A stretch of DNA of 64,000 nt from an uncultured Bacillota bacterium (lineage in GTDB: Bacteria; Bacillota; Clostridia; Christensenellales; Borkfalkiaceae): contig CASEIS010000118.1 of NCBI GenBank assembly GCA_949287895.1, positions 2,808 to 66,807 on the forward strand. The letters are read 5' to 3'. The position numbers and the translations under genes are program-made. Under the pieces are notes generated by a model. The model had not been told where the DNA came from. It saw only the letters and a list, made by a program, of their open reading frames with translations, and searched no databases. The stretch's first letter is position 1; each line of letters opens with the position of its first letter. Positions 28,493-38,749 of this stretch are shown piece after piece.

Positions 28493-30697
28493 ATGGAAAT
28501 CGTAATGAAGCTGGCGGAAGAGTTTCCGTCTATACGCGCAGATCACATACGGAACATCGTGTCGCTCATCGATGAGGGGAACACGATCCCGTTTATCGCC
28601 CGCTATCGCAAGGAGATGACGGGCAGCTGCGATGACCAGGTCTTGCGCGAACTTGACGAGCGGCTGCAGTATTTGCGCAACCTTGAAAAGCGCAAAGAAG
28701 AAGTCGCAAAGGCGATCTCGGAACAGGGGAAAATGACGGACGAGCTGCGCGCGGCGCTGGAAGCTGCGGCAACACTGACGGAGGTGGAAGACATCTACCG
28801 CCCGTATAAACAAAAAAAGAAGACGCGCGCCGGCGCGGCCATCGAGCGCGGCTTGCAGCCGCTTGCAGACCTCATCCTCGCGCAGGATCCCGCAGTCGAT
28901 GTGCGCGCAGCGGCAGAGGGGTACATCGACGAGGAGAAGGGCGTGCCCGATGCGGACGCAGCCATCGCGGGCGCCAAGGACATCATCGCGGAGTTGGTCT
29001 CCGACGATGCCAACGTCCGCAAAAAGCTGCGCAACCTCTTTATGAAGAACGGTACGATCGAGACGAAACTCGTCAATACCGATAAAGACGGCGCCAAGAC
29101 GTACGAGATGTACGCCGATCACGAAGAAAACGTCGCGGAGATCAAGGGGCATCGCGTCCTCGCCATCAACCGCGGCGAAAAGGAAGGATTCCTCAAAGTC
29201 AAGATCACGTTTGACGACGCGATCGCTAAGCGCATCGCGGGGGCGGGGTATCTGAAAAACGCCGGCTATGCGACGCAGCTCGTCAAAGAGGCGATCGACG
29301 ACGGCTACACTCGCCTGTTATATCCGTCCATCGAACGCGAGGTGCGCGCCGCACTGACGGAGAGTGCGAGCGATCAGGCGATCAAGATGTTCGAGCTCAA
29401 CCTCAAACCGCTGCTGATGCAGCCGCCCGTCAAGGACAAAGTGACGCTCGGCCTCGACCCGGCGTACCGCACCGGCTGCAAGATCGCCGTCGTCGACGGT
29501 ACGGGCAAGGTGCTCGACAAGACGGTCGTCTATCCGACGCCCGGCCCCAAGCAGAATGTCGGCGCTGCCAAGGCAAAGCTCAAGGAGCTGATCCAAAAAT
29601 ATTCCGTCGATATCATTTCCATCGGCAACGGTACTGCGTCGAAGGAAAGCGAGATATTCGTCGCCGAGCTCATCAAGGAGATCAAAGAGGAGACGGGGCG
29701 AGAGGTCGCCTACATCGTCGTCTCCGAGGCGGGGGCGTCCGTCTATTCGGCGAGCCCGCTCGGCGCGGAAGAGTTCCCCGATTTCGACGTCGCGGAGCGC
29801 AGCGCCGTATCCATTGCGCGCAGGCTGCAGGATCCGCTCGCAGAGCTCATCAAGATCGATCCGAAGTCCATCGGCGTCGGACAGTACCAGCACGATATGG
29901 ATAAAAAGCGGCTGGACAGCGTGCTCTCCGGCGTGCTCGAAGACTGCGTCAACAGTGTCGGCGTTGACTTGAATACGGCGAGTGTCTCCCTCCTGAAATA
30001 TGTAGCGGGGCTGAATGCCGGCATCGCCAAAAATATCGTCTCTTACCGCGAGGAACACGGCAAATTTTATTCTCGCCGCGAGATCCTCAAAGTTCCTAAA
30101 TTGGGCGAAAAGGCCTTTACGCAGTGCGCGGGATTTTTGCGCATCACAGACGGCGAAAATATCCTGGATAATACCGCCGTCCACCCCGAATCGTATGCCG
30201 CCGCCCAAAAGCTGCTCACCCTGTTCGGCTATACCGCAGAAGACGTGAAGGAGGGCAAGATCGGCGATCTGCCGCAGAAGGTGTGCTCTTACGGCGAGGA
30301 CCGCGCTGCCGCCGAGACGGGCACGGATCTGCCCACGCTGCGCGACATCGTCGCAGAGATCGTCAAACCCGGCCGCGACATCCGCGATTCCTTCCCCAAA
30401 CCTGTCCTGCGCAGCGATATCATGGACATCAAGGACCTCATGCCCGGCATGGAACTGACGGGCACCGTGCGCAACGTGGTCGACTTCGGCGCCTTCGTCG
30501 ACATCGGCGTGCATCAGGACGGGCTCGTGCACCTTTCGGAGATCACCGACCGCTACATCCGCCATCCCAGCGATGTGCTCGAGGTGGGGCAGACGGTCAC
30601 CGTTTGGGTCAAGGATGTCGACGTCAAGAAAAACCGCATCGGCCTGACCATGAAAAATCCTGCCGCCAAGAAAAAACCGCGGGCAAAAGCGCAGTAA
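28493..30697 (+). CDS. tex: Tex-family RNA-binding transcriptional accessory protein
   Basis: EGNTIPFIARYRKE, LDPAYRTGCK, SEAGASVYSAS, GVGQYQHD, C-terminal S1 domain. Confidence 0.95.
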   Translation: MEIVMKLAEEFPSIRADHIRNIVSLIDEGNTIPFIARYRKEMTGSCDDQVLRELDERLQYLRNLEKRKEEVAKAISEQGKMTDELRAALEAAATLTEVEDIYRPYKQKKKTRAGAAIERGLQPLADLILAQDPAVDVRAAAEGYIDEEKGVPDADAAIAGAKDIIAELVSDDANVRKKLRNLFMKNGTIETKLVNTDKDGAKTYEMYADHEENVAEIKGHRVLAINRGEKEGFLKVKITFDDAIAKRIAGAGYLKNAGYATQLVKEAIDDGYTRLLYPSIEREVRAALTESASDQAIKMFELNLKPLLMQPPVKDKVTLGLDPAYRTGCKIAVVDGTGKVLDKTVVYPTPGPKQNVGAAKAKLKELIQKYSVDIISIGNGTASKESEIFVAELIKEIKEETGREVAYIVVSEAGASVYSASPLGAEEFPDFDVAERSAVSIARRLQDPLAELIKIDPKSIGVGQYQHDMDKKRLDSVLSGVLEDCVNSVGVDLNTASVSLLKYVAGLNAGIAKNIVSYREEHGKFYSRREILKVPKLGEKAFTQCAGFLRITDGENILDNTAVHPESYAAAQKLLTLFGYTAEDVKEGKIGDLPQKVCSYGEDRAAAETGTDLPTLRDIVAEIVKPGRDIRDSFPKPVLRSDIMDIKDLMPGMELTGTVRNVVDFGAFVDIGVHQDGLVHLSEITDRYIRHPSDVLEVGQTVTVWVKDVDVKKNRIGLTMKNPAAKKKPRAKAQ

Positions 30698-30701
30698 AGC
30701 A

Positions 30702-30730
30702 TTGACAAAATAAATCAAATTTAGTAAAAT
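30702..30730 (+). promoter_or_regulatory. SigA-type promoter of acpP
   Basis: TTGACA-17 bp-TAAAAT. Confidence 0.75.
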
Positions 30731-30759
30731 AGTTGCACATACAGGAGGAAATGAACGCC

Positions 30760-30987
30760 ATGTTTGAAAAAGTTCGCTCTATGCTCGCCAAACAGCTGAA
30801 CTTGCAGCCGGACAAGATCACGCCGGAAAGTGACGTCGTCAAAGACCTCGGCGCCGATTCGCTCGACGTCGTCGAATTGCTGATCTCGCTGGAAGACGAT
30901 TACGGGATCTCCATCCCCGAAGACGACATCGTCAACGTCAAGACGGTGCAGGATATCGTCGACATGATCGAACGTCTGGAAAAGTAA
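30760..30987 (+). CDS. acpP: Acyl carrier protein
   Basis: DLGADSLDVVEL phosphopantetheine site. Confidence 0.93.
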   Translation: MFEKVRSMLAKQLNLQPDKITPESDVVKDLGADSLDVVELLISLEDDYGISIPEDDIVNVKTVQDIVDMIERLEK

Positions 30988-30996
30988 GACAAAACG

Positions 30997-31027
30997 CGCC
31001 CCGCGGTTCGCGGGGCGTTCTTTTTTT
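30997..31027 (+). terminator. Intrinsic terminator after acpP
   Basis: CGCCCCGCG/CGCGGGGCG stem with T-run. Confidence 0.75.
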
Positions 31028-31050
31028 GTCCGCGCGGCCTTCGGGAGCGG

Positions 31051-31079
31051 TTGCATATCGGCGGCGATTCTGCTATAAT
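31051..31079 (+). promoter_or_regulatory. SigA-type promoter of polA
   Basis: TTGCAT-17 bp-TATAAT with extended TG. Confidence 0.7.
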
Positions 31080-31122
31080 ATCGGCAAAGCCGCGTTCGGC
31101 GCGGCGGAAACGAGGAATGTTC

Positions 31123-33684
31123 ATGAAAAATTTGGTCCTTATCGACGGAAACAGCTTGCTCAACCGCGCCTTTTACGGGATGCGTCCGCTCACGACGCGC
31201 AGCGGAACGCCGACCAACGCGGTCTTCGGGTTCGTCAAACTGCTGCTCAAACTGATCGGAGATATCCGGCCGGACGGGCTGATCGTGACCTTCGACCTCA
31301 AGGCACCGACCTTCCGCCATAAAATGTACGATGGCTATAAGGCGACGCGCAAGCCCATGCCGGATGATCTCGTCGTACAGGTCGGCATCCTCAAAGAGCT
31401 GCTCCGCTCCATGCGCTTTACCCTGTGCGAAAAGGAGGGATATGAGGCGGACGACCTGATCGGGACCCTCTCGCATAAATTCGAAGATACGAAGAGCATC
31501 GTCATCACGGGCGACCGCGATGCCTATCAGCTGGTCGACGGCCGCACGGACGTCTATTTTACCAAGACGGGCGTCTCCGAATTGCTCAAATTGAATGAAG
31601 AAAATTTTGCGGAAATCGTCGGCTACACGCCGTCACAAGTCATCGAGATGAAGGCATTGATGGGGGATCATTCGGACAATATCCCCGGCGTGCCCGGCAT
31701 CGGCGAAAAGACGGCGCTCGACCTCGTACACCGCTTCGGCGACCTCGATGGCGTCTATGCCCACCTCGAAGAGACGACGCCCGCCGTACACAAAAAACTG
31801 GAGGCGGGCCGAGAGTCCGCTTACCTCTCGCGCAAACTCGCCACCATCGACCGCAACGTACCGCTCGACCTGCCACCTGATGCGGGCAGCATCCATATGC
31901 CCTTTTCTGCGGAAGTGCGCGCACAGTTTGTACAGCTCGAGTTCACTTCTTTTTTGAAGATGGACCTCTTTGAAGAGGATGCGCCTGCCGACCCGCAGAC
32001 GTGTGCCGCCTGCTGCACGCGCGTCCAAGTGACGGATGTCGATGCTTTTTTGCGGGAGATGCAGGGGGTCGCCTGTTTCTCCGCCGCCCGTCTGCATGAA
32101 ACGCTGTATGTCTGCAGCGGTGAAAAGGAATTTGTCCTTGCGCCCCGCCGCACCCTTTTAGACGACGGGCTGCCCGATGAGGAGATCGCCCGCGCCATGC
32201 GCGCGCTCTTTGCGAATGAGGGCGCGACTGCGATCCTGTACGGGAAGAAAAATTTTCGTCACTATCTGCGCGCCTGCGGGGCAGAGCTTTGTTGCCGGGC
32301 GGAAGATGTGTCTCTCCTGAAGTATCTCGTCGACTACAGCGGCAAAGACGATAACCTCGCATATGTATTGCAGAGTACGGGCATGGATGAAAGTACGCCC
32401 GCGTTCGGCGTGCTGCAGCTGTATAAGCTCTTCTCTGAAAAACTGCGCGCGGAGGGGATGGAGTCTCTCTACCGCGACGTCGAGCTGCCGCTGAGCGACG
32501 TGCTCTATGACATGGAAGTGAGCGGCGTCAAGATCGATACGGCGACTTCGGAACAGTACGAGAAGCGCTACCGCGAACAGATCGCGGCGATCACAGAGCG
32601 CATCTACAGCGCGGCGGGCGAGAAGTTCAACTTGAATTCGCCCGCGCAGCTCGGAAAGATCTTGTTTGAAAAGCTCGGTCTGCCTGCCCCCAAAAAGAGC
32701 AAGCGCGGGAACTATTCGACGAGCGCGGACGAATTGGAAAAGCTGCAGGACGACTACGCGATCGTGCGCGACGTGCTGCAGTGCCGCCATTATCAAAAGC
32801 TGCTCTCGACGTACATCGACGGTTTTCGCCCGCTGATCGACCCGAAGACGCACCTCGTCCATACGACGTACAACCAGGTACAGACCTCGACGGGGCGGCT
32901 TTCCAGCCTCAACCCGAATTTACAGAACATTCCCGTCCGCGACGAGGAGGGGCGCGAGCTTCGCAAGCTGTTCGTCGCGCGCGGTGATGACCGCATCCTC
33001 ATCGACGCCGACTATTCGCAGATCGAGCTGCGGCTTCTCGCGCATTTTTCGGGATGTAAGGAGCTGATCGAAGCTTACCGCGAGGGGAAGGATATCCATA
33101 CGCTCACCGCCTCGCAGGTGTTCGGCGTTCCGCTCGAGCAGGTGACGCCGGCGCAGCGGCGGGAGGCGAAGGCGGTCAACTTCGGGATCATCTACGGGAT
33201 CAGCGACTTCGGGCTCGCCTCCAACCTGCATATCCCGACCAAACAGGCCGGCGAATATATCCGGCGCTACTTTGCGACTTATTCGGATGTCAAAAACTAT
33301 ATGGATTCGAACGTCGCCTTCGCGCGCAAAAACGGATATGTGACGACGCTGCTCGGGCGCAAGCGCATGATCAACGAGATCCGCTCTTCCAACTATAATG
33401 TCCGTTCCTTCGGCGAGCGCGCGGCGATGAACATGCCGCTGCAGGGCAGTAGCGCCGACATCATCAAGCTCGCGATGATCCGCATCGCAAAACGGCTGCG
33501 CGAAGGCAATTTCCGCTCGCAGCTCATCCTGCAGGTACACGACGAGCTGGTCATCGACGCCTTTGAAGAGGAAAAGGAAGAGGTTTCGCGCATCCTGCAA
33601 TACGAAATGGAGAGCGCCGTGCAGCTGTCCGTGCCGTTGGTCGCGGACGTGCACTGCGGGAAAAATTGGTATGAGGCAAAGTAA
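31123..33684 (+). CDS. polA: DNA polymerase I
   Basis: LIDGNSL, YEADD, GDHSDNIPGV 5' nuclease; TGRLSS, DYSQIELR, AKAVNFGIIYG, LQVHDE. Confidence 0.97.
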   Translation: MKNLVLIDGNSLLNRAFYGMRPLTTRSGTPTNAVFGFVKLLLKLIGDIRPDGLIVTFDLKAPTFRHKMYDGYKATRKPMPDDLVVQVGILKELLRSMRFTLCEKEGYEADDLIGTLSHKFEDTKSIVITGDRDAYQLVDGRTDVYFTKTGVSELLKLNEENFAEIVGYTPSQVIEMKALMGDHSDNIPGVPGIGEKTALDLVHRFGDLDGVYAHLEETTPAVHKKLEAGRESAYLSRKLATIDRNVPLDLPPDAGSIHMPFSAEVRAQFVQLEFTSFLKMDLFEEDAPADPQTCAACCTRVQVTDVDAFLREMQGVACFSAARLHETLYVCSGEKEFVLAPRRTLLDDGLPDEEIARAMRALFANEGATAILYGKKNFRHYLRACGAELCCRAEDVSLLKYLVDYSGKDDNLAYVLQSTGMDESTPAFGVLQLYKLFSEKLRAEGMESLYRDVELPLSDVLYDMEVSGVKIDTATSEQYEKRYREQIAAITERIYSAAGEKFNLNSPAQLGKILFEKLGLPAPKKSKRGNYSTSADELEKLQDDYAIVRDVLQCRHYQKLLSTYIDGFRPLIDPKTHLVHTTYNQVQTSTGRLSSLNPNLQNIPVRDEEGRELRKLFVARGDDRILIDADYSQIELRLLAHFSGCKELIEAYREGKDIHTLTASQVFGVPLEQVTPAQRREAKAVNFGIIYGISDFGLASNLHIPTKQAGEYIRRYFATYSDVKNYMDSNVAFARKNGYVTTLLGRKRMINEIRSSNYNVRSFGERAAMNMPLQGSSADIIKLAMIRIAKRLREGNFRSQLILQVHDELVIDAFEEEKEEVSRILQYEMESAVQLSVPLVADVHCGKNWYEAK

Positions 33685-34273
33685 ATTGCGCGTCGCCGTG
33701 ACGGGCGGCATCGGCAGCGGAAAGAGCACTGTGCTCCGCCTGATCGGCGAGCTCGGCTATCCCGTCTTTTCCGCCGATGCGATCGGGCGGCGTATCTATG
33801 AGGATGAAGCGGTGCTGCGCGCCGTGCGCGCGCGCTTCCCGCAGTGCCTGTGCGGTGACGCCGTCGACCGCAAGGCGCTGTCAAAGGTCGTCTTTTCGGA
33901 TCCGGAAGCGCTGCAGGCGTTGGACGGCATCACGCACCCCGCCATCATGCGCCGCCTGCGCGATGCAATGGACGCCGCCCCCGGCCCGCTTGCCTTTGCG
34001 GAGGTGCCGCTTTTATTTGAGAGCGGGACGGAAGGCGATTTCGACCGCGTCATCGTTGTCCGCCGCCCAAAGGAGGCGCGCATCCGTTCCGTCGTCGAGC
34101 GGGACGGACTGACGCGCGCAGAAGTGCTCGCGCGCATGCAAAATCAATTTGATTACGAAAAAAACTCGTTGGATGGGCATACTGTTATAGAAAACGACAG
34201 CGGCCTGGCTGCGCTGCGCGCGGAGGTCGAACGGGTGGTGCATGCAATCGCGCTCGAGGCGGAACAACGTTAA
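33671..34273 (+). CDS. coaE: Dephospho-CoA kinase
   Basis: VTGGIGSGKS, ITHP, EVPLLFE; follows polA. Confidence 0.93.
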   Translation: MRQSKLRVAVTGGIGSGKSTVLRLIGELGYPVFSADAIGRRIYEDEAVLRAVRARFPQCLCGDAVDRKALSKVVFSDPEALQALDGITHPAIMRRLRDAMDAAPGPLAFAEVPLLFESGTEGDFDRVIVVRRPKEARIRSVVERDGLTRAEVLARMQNQFDYEKNSLDGHTVIENDSGLAALRAEVERVVHAIALEAEQR

Positions 34274-34790
34274 ATGGACGACGGCAGCGGCTTTTTTGCT
34301 CCTGTTTGCGGCGCTGATCTGCGCCGTATATGCCTTTTATGTGCCTAAGCGCCGGGCTGAGCTTGTCGCCGCCGGAGCGGCAGAATTCGACGTCGAGGAG
34401 TCGCTCGTCTTTGCCGTTATCCGCGCGGAGAGCAACTTCCGCAGCGACGCCGTCAGCCGGGCGGGCGCCGTCGGTTTGATGCAGCTGATGCCGTCTACAG
34501 CCGCGTTCGCCGCGGCGTCGCTCGGCCTCGAAGAATACGACCTCTTCGAACCGCGTGACAACGTACGCCTCGGGACCTGGTACCTCGGCTATTTATCGGA
34601 GCGCTTTGAGCGTCTCGACGAGATCCTCGCCGCCTATAATGCAGGGGAGGGCACGGTGCGCCGTTGGCTGCGCGATCCTTCTCTCGCCGACGCGAGCGGC
34701 CGCCTGGCATATATCCCGTATGCGGAGACGCGGCGCTACGTCGCCCGCGTAAAAAATTTTTATTTTTGTTACAATTTCTTTTACGGATAA
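34242..34790 (+). CDS. Lytic transglycosylase (SLT domain)
   Basis: IRAESNF, GAVGLMQLMP, AAYNAG, ETRRYV; start uncertain. Confidence 0.88.
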   Translation: MQSRSRRNNVKWTTAAAFLLLFAALICAVYAFYVPKRRAELVAAGAAEFDVEESLVFAVIRAESNFRSDAVSRAGAVGLMQLMPSTAAFAAASLGLEEYDLFEPRDNVRLGTWYLGYLSERFERLDEILAAYNAGEGTVRRWLRDPSLADASGRLAYIPYAETRRYVARVKNFYFCYNFFYG

Positions 34791-34831
34791 CTTGACATTT
34801 CGTTCGCGATATGGTAAACTAAATCTTGCTT

Positions 34832-34916
34832 GTGAGGATGGCGGAACTGGCAGACGCGTACGTTTGAGGGGCGTATGGAGAAATCCGTGTGGGTTCAAGT
34901 CCCATTCTTCACACCA
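34832..34916 (+). tRNA. tRNA-Leu(GAG)
   Basis: Cloverleaf with anticodon arm TACGT-TTGAGGG-GCGTA, encoded CCA; promoter TTGACA-17-TAAACT (34792-34820). Confidence 0.96.
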
Positions 34917-34920
34917 AAGA

Positions 34921-34948
34921 AGAGCATCGCGAACGCGATGCTCTTTTT
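34921..34948 (+). terminator. Terminator after tRNA-Leu
   Basis: AGAGCATCGC/GCGATGCTCT stem with T-run. Confidence 0.8.
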
Positions 34949-35044
34949 CTGTGTCCGATCCTTTTTGAAGTTTTCAGCCATGCGCGCCCGCGCGGACTTT
35001 ACCGCGCCTGAAGGCAGGCGCGGCGGCGATTGGAGGGAAAACGC

Positions 35045-36601
35045 ATGAGATTCAGCCGCGCGATCGATCCGCTGCGGGAGCGCCGCCTATATCGTCCCTT
35101 CGCAGAACGGCCGTTTTTTCGCTTTTTAGACGGGTATACCTATATCTTTATCTATGCGGCGCTCGTGTTTATCAGCTCACTGTGCGGCCAGGAAGCGCTC
35201 GTCTTTGGGCTGACCGCTCTTTTGGTCGTGCTCATCTGTCTATTCGCCGACGACGCGCGCGCCCTCGTTCCGCCGATCGTTCTCATCATCTACGCCGTCA
35301 GTTGGAGACATACGCCGCAGGGCGAGTCAGACTTTTTCAATACGCCCGCCGCTTTCGTCTCGTTCGGCGTCCTCGGCGCTGTTGCCGTCGCGGCACTCGT
35401 CTTTCGCCTGCTCGCCTTTCCGGCCAAACAGGGTGGCCGCTTTCCCGGGCTGCGCGCGGGGCTCGTCGCTCTTGCGGCCGCCTTTTTGCTGAACGGCGCT
35501 TTATCGGCCGATTTTGTACTGTCCGACATCCTTTTTGGCGCGCTCATCGCCTTTTCCTTTCTTGCGCCCTGCCTCCTGATCCGCCGCACCTGTGTATATC
35601 GCAAAGATAACGGCCTGTATTTTGCAGTCTGCTGCTTTGCCGCCGGGCTCGTTATCTTTCTGCAGATCGTCTATGCGCTCTTGTTTCGCAGCGTCTGGGA
35701 GGCGGAGAGCGGTGCACTGTTTACGGGCGTCCGCCTTTTGCAAAATTTCCTTACGGACGGCGCCCTGCCGCAAGGCCTTTCCATCAGCAAAGACGCCATG
35801 ATCGCGGGGTGGGGGATGAGCAATAATTTCGGCGGGATGCTCGCGATGTTCATCCCTGCGACGCTATACCTCGCCTACAAAGTGAGGAGGGGATGGCTGT
35901 TCTATCTCTTTGCCTTTCTGCAGCTGGGCGCCGTTGCCTGCACGCTCAGCCGCACTGCGCTCCTGACGGGCGGGGTCCTGCTCGTCGGCGGAGCCGTCAT
36001 CCTTTCTGTCGCGCGCAGCCCGCGTCGCCCCTTTGTGCTCGCCTGCAATGCCGCCGTCATTCTCGCCGCCGCTGCGGCAGGGGTGCTGTTCTTTGACCGC
36101 ATCCGCGAGATCTTTGCCGTCATCTTCGACCGCGGTTTCGGCGACTCTAACCGCTTCGCGATCTGGGCATATGGTTTAGAAAAATTCTTCGAATCGCCTC
36201 TCTTTGGCGCCGGATTCGACCTTCATTTTTATCCGGATTTCGGCTTTGACATCGCAAACTGGGTCTTCCCGGATATGTTCCATAACATCTTCGTGCAGAT
36301 CTTCGCCAGCTGCGGGCTCGTCGGTATGGCGGCGTATCTGTACCATCTTTCGCAGGTGCTGTGCCTGCTGTTGCGCCGCCCGACAGCAGACCGCCTGCTT
36401 TACCTCGGCATTTTCCTCGCCGTCAGCGGCGCTTCATTGCTGGACAACCATATTTTCCACATATTCCCGGCGCTTTTATATTCCCTTGCCCTCGGCTTTT
36501 GGGAAACGGATGCCGCTGCCGCCGCCCGTCTGCCGCTAGCCGCCGGAAAAGCGTGTTTTTTCCGTCCGTCTCCCTCTCTTAAACCGCTGCCGGAAAGATA
36601 A
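35045..36601 (+). CDS. O-antigen ligase/Wzy-like polytopic membrane protein
   Basis: Many TM segments; NNFGG, TLSRTA, RFAIW, PLFGAG, HNIFVQ motifs. Confidence 0.7.
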   Translation: MRFSRAIDPLRERRLYRPFAERPFFRFLDGYTYIFIYAALVFISSLCGQEALVFGLTALLVVLICLFADDARALVPPIVLIIYAVSWRHTPQGESDFFNTPAAFVSFGVLGAVAVAALVFRLLAFPAKQGGRFPGLRAGLVALAAAFLLNGALSADFVLSDILFGALIAFSFLAPCLLIRRTCVYRKDNGLYFAVCCFAAGLVIFLQIVYALLFRSVWEAESGALFTGVRLLQNFLTDGALPQGLSISKDAMIAGWGMSNNFGGMLAMFIPATLYLAYKVRRGWLFYLFAFLQLGAVACTLSRTALLTGGVLLVGGAVILSVARSPRRPFVLACNAAVILAAAAAGVLFFDRIREIFAVIFDRGFGDSNRFAIWAYGLEKFFESPLFGAGFDLHFYPDFGFDIANWVFPDMFHNIFVQIFASCGLVGMAAYLYHLSQVLCLLLRRPTADRLLYLGIFLAVSGASLLDNHIFHIFPALLYSLALGFWETDAAAAARLPLAAGKACFFRPSPSLKPLPER

Positions 36602-36737
36602 ACTACATTTTTTATAAAATCGTTGTTTTAGGTATTATCTGTTGTAAAACATGGTAAAATCTGTAGAATCGGCTTACTCCCCGGCCCGGCATGGCGGAAT
36701 TTTCTTGCAATTTTTTCGAACTTTTTTCGCGGAACTA

Positions 36738-36766
36738 TTGAAAATCATAAGATTCTATTGTATAAT
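36738..36766 (+). promoter_or_regulatory. SigA-type promoter of the glycogen operon
   Basis: TTGAAA-17 bp-TATAAT with extended TG. Confidence 0.7.
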
Positions 36767-36812
36767 AGTTTAAGAAGAAAGGCACATGATGCCGCAAAAA
36801 CGGAGGAAGATG

Positions 36813-38693
36813 ATGGACAATACAGTCGATTTCCCGTTGTATGTATTTCACCACGGCAAGAACTATAAGGCATACGAATTCTTCGGTGCGCATCCATACA
36901 AGGAAGATGGCAAAAAAGGGTTTATTTTCCGCGTCTGGGCGCCGCACGCAGAGGAGGTATCTGTCGTCGGCGACTTCAACGAGTGGAACCCGGAATCGAA
37001 CAAGATGCGCCGCCTGTTAGACGGCGAGACGTTCGAGCTGTTTATCCCCGGCCTGAAGACTTATTCGATCTACAAATATTGTATCCGCACCAAAGACGGG
37101 CGCTTCCTTTATAAGGCCGATCCGTATGCGTTCCATGCGGAGACACCCTCAAAAACGGCTTCCAAAACGTATGATCTTTCCGGCTTCAAGTGGTCGGATA
37201 AGGAGTACCTCAAAAAGCGTAAGACGCGCAACCCGTATTCGTCGCCGATGAACATCTACGAGATGAACGCGCTCTCGTGGCGGCAGTACGGCGACGGCAA
37301 CTATTTCGACTTCAACAAACTGATCGACGACCTGATCCCGTACCTGAAGGAGATGGGCTATACGCACGTCGAGTTCATGCCGCTGAGCGAGTATCCGTAC
37401 GACGGCTCGTGGGGGTACCAGGTGACCGGCTATTTTGCGATCACCTCCCGCCTCGGTACGCCGCACGACTTCATGCATCTCATCAACGAGTGCCACAAGA
37501 ACGGGATCGGCGTCATCATGGACTGGGTCCCCGCGCATTTCCCGAAGGACGCGCACGGCCTGTACGAATTTGACGGCCAGCCTCTGTACGAGAGCCCCGC
37601 TTGGGACAGGCAGGAGCACAAGAGCTGGGGCACCCGCCGCTTCGACTACGGCCGCAGCGAAATCTTGTCCTTCCTGATCTCCAACGCATATTTCTTCTTT
37701 GACAAATTTCATATCGACGGGCTGCGCGTCGACGCGGTTGCGTCCATGCTCTATCTCGACTACGACAAGCGCCCGGGAGAATGGCTGCCCAATAAATACG
37801 GCGAGAACAAGAACCTCGAGGCGATCGAGTTTCTGCGCCGCCTGAACACGACCATCTTCTCACAGTTCCCCGACGCGCTGATGATCGCCGAAGAGTCCAC
37901 CGCGTGGCCGCTGGTCACAAAGCCGGTCGACATCGGCGGCCTCGGCTTCAACTTCAAGTGGAACATGGGCTGGATGAACGACGTGCTCGACTATATGCAG
38001 ACAGATCCGTACTTCCGCAAGGGCAATCACAACAAGCTGACCTTCTCGATGATGTACGCATTTACCGAGAACTACGTTCTTCCCATCTCGCACGACGAGG
38101 TCGTGTACGGCAAAAAGTCTCTCATCGACAAGATGCCGGGCAGCTACGAAGAGAAGTTCGCCAACCTGCGTGCCTTCATGGGCTATATGATGTCGCATCC
38201 GGGCAAGAAGCTGCTCTTCATGGGCTGCGAATTCGGCCAGTTCAAGGAGTGGAATTATAAAGAGGGGCTGGACTTCTTCCTCAAAGAGTATCCGCTGCAC
38301 CAGAAGCTGTCGGATATGAACGCCGCCCTGAATAAATTCTATGCGACGACGCCCGCATTCTATGAGATCGAAGATTCGTGGGACGGCTTCGAGTGGATCG
38401 CCGCGAACGACGCCGACCGCAACGTCGTGGCGTATCTGCGGCGCGACAAGGCGCAGACGACCTATCTCGTCGTCGTGAACTTCTCCGGCGTCAAGACGGA
38501 GGGGTACCGCCTCGGCGTCCCGAAGGGCAAGTATAAGGTGGTCTTCAATACAGATCATCCGAAATACGGCGGAAGCGGCGAGATGAAGAAGCGCATCTTC
38601 AATACCGAGCGCAAGCCCAGCCACGGCAAGGAATACTCGATCAAGATCGAGATCCCGAAGCTGACCTGCATCTATCTGCAGAAAATACTGTGA
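36813..38693 (+). CDS. glgB: 1,4-alpha-glucan branching enzyme
   Basis: FRVWAP, SWGYQVTG, DWVPAHFP, RVDAVASM, AEESTAWP, SHDEVV. Confidence 0.97.
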   Translation: MDNTVDFPLYVFHHGKNYKAYEFFGAHPYKEDGKKGFIFRVWAPHAEEVSVVGDFNEWNPESNKMRRLLDGETFELFIPGLKTYSIYKYCIRTKDGRFLYKADPYAFHAETPSKTASKTYDLSGFKWSDKEYLKKRKTRNPYSSPMNIYEMNALSWRQYGDGNYFDFNKLIDDLIPYLKEMGYTHVEFMPLSEYPYDGSWGYQVTGYFAITSRLGTPHDFMHLINECHKNGIGVIMDWVPAHFPKDAHGLYEFDGQPLYESPAWDRQEHKSWGTRRFDYGRSEILSFLISNAYFFFDKFHIDGLRVDAVASMLYLDYDKRPGEWLPNKYGENKNLEAIEFLRRLNTTIFSQFPDALMIAEESTAWPLVTKPVDIGGLGFNFKWNMGWMNDVLDYMQTDPYFRKGNHNKLTFSMMYAFTENYVLPISHDEVVYGKKSLIDKMPGSYEEKFANLRAFMGYMMSHPGKKLLFMGCEFGQFKEWNYKEGLDFFLKEYPLHQKLSDMNAALNKFYATTPAFYEIEDSWDGFEWIAANDADRNVVAYLRRDKAQTTYLVVVNFSGVKTEGYRLGVPKGKYKVVFNTDHPKYGGSGEMKKRIFNTERKPSHGKEYSIKIEIPKLTCIYLQKIL

Positions 38694-38749
38694 CCGAGCA
38701 TTCGGCCGCGTATTGATAAAAAAGTCAAATTAATTTTTGGGGGTAAAAT

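Noticed and set aside
31950-32450. Degenerate 3'-5' exonuclease region of PolA
   Set aside because: Normal for Firmicute Pol I.
34832-36601. Genomic island inserted at tRNA-Leu(GAG)
   Set aside because: No integrase and no duplicated tRNA 3' end were found downstream.
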